DNA of 64,000 bases from the human T2T-CHM13v2.0 reference genome, Homo sapiens: the NCBI RefSeq assembly GCF_009914755.1, contig NC_060935.1; one strand, given 5' to 3'. This document shows positions 53,020 through 64,000 of the stretch, piece after piece. Within the stretch, counting starts at the first letter, position 1. Each line of letters starts with the position of its first letter. The notes under the pieces are model-generated. The model had not been told where the DNA came from and ran no database searches. It saw only the letters and a list, made by a program, of their open reading frames with translations. The translations under genes and the position numbers were made by a program.

Positions 53020-56000
53020 TAGGCTTATTGTGATATAATTAACTGACCATAAAATTTATCCATTTAAAATATAAACTTCAATGATTTTTTTGTATACTTT
53101 GGGTTATGCATCTATCACCACAATCAATTTTAGAACATTTTTAAAACCTGAAAAAAAAATCTTGTACTGATTAGCAGTCACTCCCATTTTCTTCCATGCC
53201 CCCACCCACCACAAGCTTTAGAAAACCACTTATCTAATTTCTGTCTCTATATATTTGTTTAACATGAACATTGCAGCTAACTAGAATCATACAATATGTC
53301 ATCATTTGCGACTGTCTTCTTTTACTTAGAATAATGTTTTTAAGGTTTATCCATTTTGTAGCATTTATCATTACTTCATTTCTTTTTATTGCTGAATAAT
53401 ATTACGTTGTAAGGACATATCATATTTTATCCATTCTTTAGTTGATGGACATTTTTGTTGTTTCTACTTTTGGCAATTTTGAACTATGCAATTTGTATGA
53501 TTTTTTTGTGTAGGCATATGCTTTCATTTCTTTAGGGTGCATACCTGAGCTAAATTTCTGGATCATGTGATAACTCTTAGGTTTAAACTTTTGAGGAGCT
53601 GTTTTTCAAACATGTTTTTCAGACTATTTTTCAAACAAGCTACACTATTTTACATTTCCAACAGTGATGTTTTAGGGTTGCTATTTTTCTACACCCTTTC
53701 CAACACTTACTACTATCCATCCTTTTTATTTTAGCCATTCTACTGGAAAGTGATATTCATCGTGGTTCCGATTTGTATTTCCCAATTGGCTAATGATGTT
53801 GAGCATCTTTTCATGTGCTAATTGGACATTTGTATATGTACTTTAGAAAAATGCCTATTCATATATTTGCCCATTTATTATCTTTTTATTATTGATATAA
53901 GAATTTTTAATATACTCTAAATACAAGACCTTCATAAGATTTGAAAATATTTTCTCCTGCTCTGTGGGTAAATACTACTTTCTTGATGCTGCCCTCTAGA
54001 ACAAAAAATATACTAATTTTGATGAAATCTAATGTACCTATTTTTTCTTTTGCTGTTCTGCTTTTAGTGTTGTATGTAAAAAGTCTTTTCCCAACTAAAG
54101 TTCACAAAGATTTACTTCTCTATTTTCTCCTAAGAGTATTACAGATGTAGCTCTTAACATTTATGCCTATAGTTTAATTTTTGCACGTGGTGTGAAGAAA
54201 GGATTCAACTTCATATGTTTTCCTTGAAATATTTTTATTGAGATATTATTCACAATCTAAAATTCATCATTTTAAAGTGCACAATCTGTTTTTTCATGTT
54301 CATAATGTTTTGTACCCGTCACAAATATCTTATTTCATAACATTTCTATCACCACAAAAAATAATTCCGTATATGTTAGTTGTTACCTCCATTCCTCTTA
54401 TCCCCAAATCCGCTGTCAATGAGTAATCGAATTTCTGTTTCTATTGATTTGCCTATTCTAGATATTGAATATAAGTGGAATTATATAATATTTGTCTTTT
54501 GGTATCTGGATTCTTTTACTTGGCATAACATCTTTAAAGTTCTTCCATGTTGTAACACATGTCAGTACTTTGTTCTTTTTTATGACTGAATAATATTACA
54601 TTTTATGAATATACCACATTTAATTCATGTATTCATCGTTTGATGAATATTTAGGTTCTTTTCACCTTTTGGCAATTTTGAATATGCTGCTATGAACATT
54701 CATATGCAAATTTTGCCTGATCATATGTTTTCATTTCTCTTCGATATATACCTAGAAGCAAAATCATCGGGTCATATATGGTAACTCTGTTTAACATTTT
54801 GCGGACTGCCAAACCATAGCTGCTTGACTGCTTTACATCCCCCTCCCCTGCAAGATATTAGGGTTCCTATTTCTCCACAATAACTCAAAAATTTGTTGTG
54901 TCCATTTCCTTCATTACTGCCATCCTAGCAGGTATAAAGTGGTATCTTACTGTGGATTTTTTTTTTCTTACAGAGTCTCACTCTTTCACTCAGGCTGAAG
55001 TGCAATAGTGCAATCACTGCTCATTGCAGCCTTAAACTTTTGGGCTCAAGCACTCCTCCTACCTCAGCCTCCAGAGTAGCTGAGACTACAGACACGCACC
55101 ACTACAATTGGCTAATTTTTTGATTTTTTTGTAGAGATGAGATATCACTACGTTGCCCAGGCTGGTCTTGAATTTCCAGTCCCAAGCGGTCCTCCCACCT
55201 AGGCCTCCCAAAGTGCTGGGATTGCAAGCATGAACCACCATACTGCCTTACTATGGATTTGATTTGCTTTTACTAAAGATGCTGAACATCTTTTTCTGTG
55301 TTTATTGGACATTGGTGTGTCTTCTTTGGAGCAATATACATTCAAATATACTGCCCATTCTAAAATTTGGCTACTTATCTTTCTAATGTTAAGTTGTAAG
55401 CATTCTATGTGTATTCTGGATACTAGCTCCTTATCAAAATGCTGTATTCAATTACTGATAAGAGAAGCCTTTATCTTAGATACAGTTATAAATGAAATTG
55501 CTTTCTTAATCTCATTTTCAAATTGTTCATTGCTAGTGTATAAAAACACAAGTGATTTTTTTCATGTTGCTTTTGTACCTTGAAAACTTAGTTAAATTCA
55601 TTTATTAGCTTCTTGCTTCTTGGTCCTCATCTCAGGGAGAAAGCTTTCAGTTCTTCCATCATTGAATATGAGGTTAGCCTTGAATTTTTTATAAATACCC
55701 TTGAGAAGTTGAGGAGGTTCTATTTATTCCTAGATTTCGTTTTTTTTTTTTTTAATTCTTAACAGGGTGTTAGATTTTGTTAAATGCAATTTTTCATCAA
55801 TTGTGATGATCATGTGATTTTTTTCCTTCTTCAAATAATGTAGTGTATTACATTGATTGATTTTCTCATGTTGAGGCACCCTTGCATTCCTGGGATAAAT
55901 ATTTCTTGGTTATAGTACATAATCATTTTAATATACTGTTTGATTTGGTTTGCTAATATTTTGTTTAAAATATGCATTTATATTAGTAAGGGATATTTCT

Positions 56001-56790
56001 TCATAATTTTCTTTTCTTGTGATGTCTTTATTTGGCTTTGATGTCAGGGCAAAGTTTTCCTCAGATAATAAGTTGGAATGTGTTCCCTTCTCTGTATTTT
56101 GGAATTTTAGAAGGATTGATGTTATTTTTTTTTAAATGTGTAGTGGAATTCACTAGGGAAGCCATCTGGTCCTGGATTTTTCTTTTATGGATGGTTTTTT
56201 ATTACTGATTTAATCTCTTTACTTGAGACACGTCCATTCGATAAGATTTTGTATTTCTTCCTGAGTCATTTCAGGTAATTTTTGTGTTTCTAGGAATTTA
56301 TTTTAATTACTGCCTAATATATTTGTACACAATTGTTAGTCAAATCTCTTATAATCCTTTAAATTTCTATAAGGTCAGTAGTAATATCACCACTTTTATT
56401 TTGGGTGTTAGTTATTTGTGTCTTCTTTTTTTCTTTGTCAATAAAATAAAAATTTTTCATTTTTTAAGTTTTTCAGATAACCGACTTTTGGTTTCAATGA
56501 TTCTTTTACTTGTTTTTCTGTTCTCAGTTTTATTTATCTCTATGCTAATCTTTGTTATTTCCTACCTTTTGCTAGCTTTGGGTTTAGCTTTCTCTTCTTT
56601 TTCTAGTTTCTCATGGCGCAAAATTAGTTTAATGATTTTAGACTTATTTCTTTTTAATGTAGGCATTTACAGCTTTAAATTTCCTGCTGACCACTGGTTT
56701 TGCTACATGCTACATGCTTTGTTATACTGTTTTTATTTTAATAATTACTAAGAATTTTATAATTTTTCTTAAGGTCTATTTTTGAGCCAT
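53020..56790 (-). mobile_element. Nested L1MB/L1M fragments
   Basis: Two antisense L1MB-type 3' ends (~53020 and ~54230) followed by degenerate ORF2. Confidence 0.75.
54958..55247 (-). mobile_element. AluJ
   Basis: Diverged Alu; TSD ttact(g/a)tggattt. Confidence 0.9.
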
Positions 56791-56799
56791 TGATTGTTT

Positions 56800-58250
56800 T
56801 TTTAAATTTAACTTTTATTTTAAGTTCAGGGGTACATGTGCAGGCTTGTTATATAGGTAAACTTGTGTCATGAGGGTTTGCTGTATAGAATATTTTGTCA
56901 CCAAGGTATTAAACTTAGTACTGACTAGTTATTTTTTTCTGATTTTCTCCCTCCTCCCACCATTCACCTTTCGATAGGCCCCAGTGTGGTTTTTTACCTC
57001 TTTGTGTCCATGTTTTCTCATCATTTAGCTCCTACTTATAAGTGAGAACATGCTATATTTGGTTTTCTCTTCCTGTGTTAGTTTGCTGAGGATAATGACT
57101 TCCAGCTCCATCTTGTTCCTGCAAAGGACATGATCTCATTCTTTTTCATGGCTTCATAGTATTCCATGGTATATATGTACTACATTTTCTTTATCCAGTC
57201 TATGAGTCTACCATTGAGGGGCATTTAGGTTGATTCAATGTCTTTGCTATTGTGAATAGTGCTGCAATGAACATATGCACATATATGTCTTTATAATAGA
57301 ACAGTGTATATTTCTTTGAGTATATACCCAGTAATGGAATCACTGGGTTGAATGGTATTTCTGTTTTTAGGTCTCTGAGGAATTGCCACACTGCCTTCCA
57401 CAATGGTTACACTAATATGCACTCCCACCAAGAGTGCATAAATATTCCTTTTTCTCCCACAACCCCACCAGCATCTTTTTTTTTTTTTTTTTTTTACTTT
57501 TTAATAATAGGCATTCTGACTGGCGTGAGATGGTATCTTATTGTAGTTTTCATTTGTATTTCTCTAATAAGTGATGATGAGCTTTTTTTTCATATGATTG
57601 TGGGTCACATGTATGTCTTCTTTTGAAAAGTGCCTGTTTTTTTTTTGTTTGTTTGTTTTTGTAAATTTAAGTTCCTTATGGATGCTGGATAGTGCATAGT
57701 TTGCAAAAAATTTCTCCCATTCTGTAGGTTATCTGTTCACTTTTTTGATAGATGTCTTTGCTGTGTATAACCTCTTTAGTTTAATTAAATTCCATTTGTC
57801 AATTTTTGCTTTTGTCGTGATTGCTTTTGCAATCCTCATCATGAAATCCTTGCTTCTATGTCCAAATTGCTGTTGCCTAGGTTGTCTTCCAGGGTTTTTA
57901 TAGTTTCAGGTTTCACATTTAAGTCTTTAATCCATCTTGAGTTAATTTTTGTATATGGTGTAAGGAAGGGGTCCAGTTTCAATATTCTGCATATGGCTGG
58001 CTAGCCAGTTATCTCGGCACCATTTATTGAATAGACAATGCTTTCCCATTGCTTGTTTTTGTCAGGTTTGCTGAAGATCAGGTATATATAGGTGTGTGGC
58101 CTTATTTCTGGGTTCTTTCTGTTCCATCGGTCTATGTGTCTGTTTTTGTACTAGTACCATGCTGTTTTGGCTACTGTAGCCTTGTAGTATAGTTTGAAGT
58201 CAGGTAATGTGATGCCTCTGGTTTTGTTATTTTTCCTTAGGATTGCATTT
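56800..58250 (-). mobile_element. L1PA (older, PA13-like) 3' portion
   Basis: aacttttattttaagttcaggggtacatgtgcagg; ORF2 C-terminal peptide at 57200-57403. Confidence 0.85.
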
Positions 58251-61200
58251 CTTTCATATGCTTGTTGGCCATGTGTATGTCTTCTTTGTACTTTGTACTT
58301 TGCTCACTTTTTAATAAGGTTGTTTGTTTTTTGCTTGTTAATTTGTTTAAATTTCTTATAGATTCTGGATATTAGACCTTTATTGGATACATAGTTTGCA
58401 AGAATTTTCTTCTGTTCTGTGAGTTGTCTTCTTACTCTGTTGATAGTTTCTTTTCCTGTGCAGAAGCTCTAGTTTAATTAGGTCTTATTTTTAAATTTTT
58501 GTTTTTATTGCAATTGCTTTTGGCATCTTCATCATGAAACACTAGTTAAGGCCTATGTCCATAATAGTATTTCCTAGGTTTTGTTTTAGGTATTACATTT
58601 ACATCTTTAATTGATTTTTGTATATGGTGTAAGGAAGGAGTCCAGTTCCAATCTTCTGCATATAGCTAGTCAGTTATCCCTGCACTATTTATTGAATAGA
58701 GAGTCCTTTCCCATTGCTTGTTTTTGTCAGCTTGGTCAAATATCAGATAGTTGTAGGTGTATGGCTTTACTTCTGGGCTCTCTACTCTGTTTCATTGGTG
58801 TGTGTGTGTGTGTGTGTCAGTACCATGCTGTCTTGACTACCACAGTCTTGTAGGATAGTTTGAAATTGGGTAATATGATGCCTCCATCTTTATTCTTTCT
58901 TCTTGGGATTGCTTTGGATATTCGGGCTTTTTGGGGGGTTCCATATGAATTGTGAACAGTTTTTCCTAATTCTGTGAAGTATTTCATTAATTGATTGACA
59001 GGAATAGCATTAAATCTATAAATTGCTTTGGGAAGTATGGCCATTTTAACAATATTGATTCTTTGTATCCGTGAGCATGGAATGTTTTTCAATTTGTTTG
59101 TTATCAATAACATCTTTTAGCAGTGTCTTGTAACTCATTGTAGAGATCTCTCCCCACCCTGGCTAGCTGTATTCCTAGCTACTTTATTCTTTTTGTGGCT
59201 ATTGCAAACATGATTGCATTCTTGATTTCACTCTCAGCTCAGACATTGTTGGTATGCAGTCCTAATTACATTGATTTTGTATCCTAAAAATTTTCTAAAA
59301 TTGTTTATAAGATCTAGGAGCCTTTAGACAGATACCATGGGGTTTTCTCAGTATAGAATCATATTGTCTGCCAACAGGGTTACTTTGGCCTCCTCTCTTT
59401 CTATTTGAATGCCTTTTATTTCTTTTTCTTGCCTAGTTGCTGTGGCTAGGACTTCCAGTACTATGTTGAATAGGAGTAGTGAGAGTGGACATCCTTGTCT
59501 TGCTCCAGTTCTCAAGGGAAATGCTTCCAACTTTTGCTGATACAGTATGATGTTAGCTGTGGCTGTGTCATAAATGGCTCTTATTATTTTGAAGTATGTT
59601 CTTTTAATGCCTATTTTTGAGAGTTTTTAACATGAAGTGTTGAATTTTATCAAAACCATTTTCTACGACACTTGAGAGGATTATAAGGTTTTGTTTTAAT
59701 TCTCTATATCTGATGAATCATATTTATTGATTTGCCAACCAACTTGACACCCCAGGGGTAAAGCCTACTTTATCATTGTAGATTAGCTTTGTGATGTGCT
59801 CTTGGATTTGGTTTGCTAGTATTTTGCATCTACATTTATCAAATTTTTCAGCTTGAAGTTTTCTTTTTTTATTGTTTTGTCTTTGCTAGGTTTTGATATC
59901 CAAAGGATGCTGGTGTTATAAAAAGAATTAAGAAGCCTTTTCTCAATTTTTTAGAATAGTTTCAGTAAGAATGGTATAATCTCATCTTTATACATCTAGG
60001 ATAATTCAGCAGTGAATTTTTCTGGTACTGGGCTTTTTCTGGTTGGTAGGCTTTTATTACTGATTCAATTTGGGGTCTTGTTATTGGTCTGTTTAGGGTT
60101 TCAGTTTCTTCCTGTTTCAGTCTTGGAAGGTTGTTTGTTTCCAGGAATTTCTCCCTTTCATGTGTTTTCTGTTTTGTATGCATAGAAGTGTTTATAATAG
60201 TGTCCGAATATTTTTTGTATTTCTGTTGGGTTGGTGGTGATTCCCCCTTTGTCATTACTGATTTTCTTTATTTGTATCTTCTGTCTTTTTTCATTAGTCT
60301 AGCTGTCTTTCATTCTTATTTATTCTTTCAAAAAACAAACCTTTTGTTTTGTTGATCTTTTTTATATTTTTTCATGTCTCAATTTCCTTGTTCTTTTTGG
60401 TTATTATTTGCCTTCTGCTAGCTCTAGGATTTGTTTGCTCTTGTTTTTCTCACTTTTCAGGTGTGATGTTAGGTTGTTAATTTGAAATATCTCTAATTTT
60501 TTATGTGGGCATTTAGTGCTATAAATTTCCCTCTTAACACTGCTTTATTTCTGTCCCAGAGATTCTGGTGTTACATGTTTGTTCTCACAGGTTTCAAATA
60601 ATTTCTTGATTTCTGTCTTAATTTCATTGTTTACCCAGAAGTTATTCAGGAGCATGGGGTTTAATTTCCATGTAATTGTATGGTTTTGAGCAATCTTCTT
60701 AGTGTTGATTTGTATTTTTATTGTGTTGTGATCTGATAATGTGTTCTATATGATATTGCTTTTTTTTTAATTTTGCTGAGGATGATTTTGTAGCAAATTT
60801 TGTGGTCGATTTTAGAATATGTGCCATGTGCAGATGACAAGAATGTATATTCTGTTGCTTTTGGGTGAAGAGCTCTTTAGATGTCTGTTCAGTCCATTTT
60901 GTCAAGTGTTGAGTTCAGGTTGGTTTTTTTGTTTTGTTTTGTTTTGTTTGTAGAGAGGGGGTTTTGCCATGTTGCCCAGGCTTGTCTTGAACTCTTGGAC
61001 TCAAGTAATCTGCCCACCTCAGCCTCCCAAAGTGCTGGGATTGCAGGTGTGAACCACTGCATCCAACCAGGTCTGAGATATCTTTGTTAGTTTTCTGCTT
61101 TAGTGACCTAACACTGAAGTGTGTTGTTGATGTCTCCTACTATTTTTGTGTGGTTGTCTAAGTTTCTTTGTAGGTCTCTAAGAGCTTGGTTTGTGAATTT

Positions 61201-62460
61201 GAGTGCTCTTGTTTTGGGAGCACATATATTTAGGGGAGTTAAGTCTTGTTGAATTAAATCTTTTACTATTATAATGCCTTTTTTGTCTTTTGTATTGTTA
61301 TTGATTTAAAGTCTGTCTTGTCTAAAATTAGAATTGCAAACCCTGCTTTTTGTTTTTTTGTTTGTGTTCTTGGTATATTTTTCTCTGTCTCTTTACTTTG
61401 AGCCTATGATTGTCATTGCAAGTGAGGTGGATCTCTTGCAGACAGCATACCACTGGGTCTTGCTTCTTTATTCAACTTGCCACTCTGTGCTTTTTAATTG
61501 GGGGCATTTAGCCCATTTACATTCAAGGTTAATATTGATATGCATGGATTGGATCCTGTCATGATGTCAGCTGGTTATTAAGTAGACTTGACTTTTAGTT
61601 GCTTTATGGTGTCAATGGTCTATGTACTTAAGGGTGTTTTTGTGGTGGCTAGTAACAGTATTTCATTTCCATATTTAGCACTCCCTTAAGGACTACTTAT
61701 AAGGCAGATCACTTGCCTGTCTGAAAAGGATCTTATGTCTCCCTCACTTATGAAGCTTAGTTTGGCTGGTTATAAAATGCTTGGTTGGGGTTTCTTTTCT
61801 TTAAGAATGCATGTCCACTGTTAACCTGATGGGGTTTCCTTCATAGGTGCCCACTCCTTCTGTCTAGCTGCCTTTAATGTTATCTTTTTTCATGTTGACT
61901 TTGGAGAATCTGATACTTATGTGTCTTAAGGATGGTCATCTTGTATAGTGTAGTATTTCACAGGGGTTCTCTGCATTTCCTGAGTTTGAATGTTGGCCTC
62001 ATTAGTGGGGTTGGAAAAATTTTCATGGATAATATCCTCAAATATGTATTCCATGTTTCTTTCTTTCTCACCCTCTCTTTTAGGGATGCCAATAGTCTTA
62101 GATTTGGTCTCTTTACATAATTCTGTATTTCTCAGAGGTTATATTCATTTTTTTCTTTATTTTTTTTCCAACTGAGTTAATTCAGAGAACCATTCTTCAA
62201 ACTCTGAGATTCTTTTCTCAAGTTGGTTTATTCTGCTGTTAATACTTGTGATTGTATTGTGAAATTCTTGAAGTGAATTTTTCAGCTCTATCAGATCAGT
62301 TTGGTTGTTTTTTAAAAAACATGGCAAATTTGAATTTCAGCTTCTGTGTCACTTTATCGTATTATTTGGATTCCTTGAATTGGGTTTCAACTTTCTCCTG
62401 AATCTTGGTAATCTTCATTCCTATTTGTAGTCCAAATTCTATGTTTGTCCTTTCAGACAA
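58250..62460 (-). mobile_element. Older L1P (PA15/16 or PB) ORF2-ORF1 segment
   Basis: ORF2 peptides at 58817-59113, 59348-59530 and 59962-60255; ORF1-side sequence to ~62450. Confidence 0.85.
60918..61072 (-). mobile_element. FLAM/Alu monomer
   Basis: Single Alu arm with a (TTTTG)n tail, lying inside L1. Confidence 0.8.
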
Positions 62461-64000
62461 ATTACCACAGTAAGTATAACATTATGATGAGTAAGATGTT
62501 AGCTGGGGGTTTTCACACAGACCGTACTGTCTTGAGGTACATTCCTTCCATACTTAGTTTCTGTAGTGTTTTTATCATGAAAGGATGTTGAATTTTATCA
62601 AGTGCCTTTTCTGCAATGATTGAAATGATCATATAATTTTTATCCTTTATTATGTTAATGTGGTGTGTTTACAAAATTGATTTTTGTATGTTGAATCATC
62701 TGCATTCTAGGGATAAATCTCACTTAATCATGGTGAATGATCCTATTAAGGTGCTGATGAGTCTGGTTTGCTAGTATTTTGGTTTGAATAGATTTTTCAT
62801 CTATGTTAATCAGGAATATTCATCTGTAATTTTCTTTTCTTGTAGTGTCCTTGTTTGGTTTTAGTATCCAGGTAATGCTGGCCTTCTAAAATGAATTTAA
62901 AAGCATCTTTTATTCTTCAATATTTTGAAAGAATTTGAGAAAGATTCATATTAGTTCTTTAAATGTTTGGTAGATTTCAACAGTGAAGCCAACAGTTTCT
63001 GAGCTGTCCTTTGATGGGAGAATTTTTATTATTTATTCAATATCTCTACTTGTTATTGATCTGTTCAGATTTTCTACTTCTTCATGATTCAATCTTGGTA
63101 GACTATATGAGTCTAGGAATTTATTCTTTCTTTTAGGTTATCCAATTTCTTGGCATGTAATTGTTTACAGTAGTCACTGATGATCCTTTGCATTTCTTTG
63201 ATATTAGTTCTGGCATCTCTTATCTCTAAACTTTAGTCTTCTTTATTTTTGTCTTAATTAGTCTAGATGAAGGTTTGTCAATTTTCTTAATCTTTTCAAG
63301 AAACCAACTATTACTTTTGTTGATCATTTTTAGTCTCTAAATTATTTATCACTGCTCTGATCTTTAAAATTTCCTTGCTTTTACTAATTTTGGGCTTATA
63401 GTATTCTTCTTTTTTCTAATTTCTTGAGGTGTAAAATTATATTGTTTACTTAAATTATTTCTTCTTTTTTGGATGAAATAAAATATTTGTTGCTATGAAC
63501 TTCCCCCTTAGAACTGCATTTGTTATATCCCATAAGCTTTGGTAAATTGTTTTTCCATTTTTATTTGCCTCAAGATATTTTATAATTTATCTTTTAATTT
63601 ATTCTTTGACTAATTAGTTGTTGAGGAGCGTGCTGTTTAATTTCCATGTATGTGTGAACTTTCTGAAGTTCTGCCCATAATTGATTTCTAGTTTCATACC
63701 ATTGTGGTTGGAAAGATACCTGCTATAATTTCAACCTTCTTACACTTATTAATACTTTTTTGTAACCTAAGATATGATCTACCCCTGGAGAATGTTCTGT
63801 ATGTGCTTGAGATTAATGTGTATTCTGCTACTGTTGGATGAAATGTTGTTTATATTTGTTAGCTCCATTTGGTTGAAAATGTAGTTCAAGTCCAATGTTT
63901 TGCTTTACTGATTTTTTGTCTGAATGATTTGTTTATTGTTGAAAGAGGGGTAATGAAGCCTTCTACTATTATTATATTATAGGCTATCTCTTTCTTCGTA
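62460..64000 (-). mobile_element. L1M ORF2 segment running off the end of the window
   Basis: aaggatgttgaattttatcaagtgccttttctgca...ctggagaatgttctgtatgtgcttgag. Confidence 0.8.

Noticed and set aside
56284-56751. 155-aa very hydrophobic ORF resembling a membrane protein
   Set aside because: Antisense reading of A-rich L1 ORF2 sequence.

Overview
Primate (most likely human) AT-rich, retroelement-dense DNA from an olfactory-receptor (OR) gene cluster. The gene content fits my recollection of the OR10Q/OR5B cluster at 11q12.1. The window has no intact protein-coding gene. It has two minus-strand OR pseudogenes: an OR10Q1 paralogue with a stop codon and two frameshifts (OR10Q2P), and an OR5B-like gene with a ~200-nt internal deletion (probably OR5BC1P). 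Most of the remainder is L1 (two near-full-length L1PA copies and many fragments), Alu, MIR/L2, MaLR/ERVL LTRs, a truncated HERV9/LTR12 provirus and DNA transposons. I found no credible new biological system. The features most worth following up are: a spliced L1 insertion (SpIRE-type 5'UTR junction) that has no target-site duplication (TSD) and abuts a truncated ERV9; a decayed paralogous non-coding block suggesting a lost OR gene; several fold-back or templated-insertion scars; two 5'-inverted L1s; and residual OR splice and promoter motifs. Boundaries and subfamilies of old repeats were judged by eye and are approximate.
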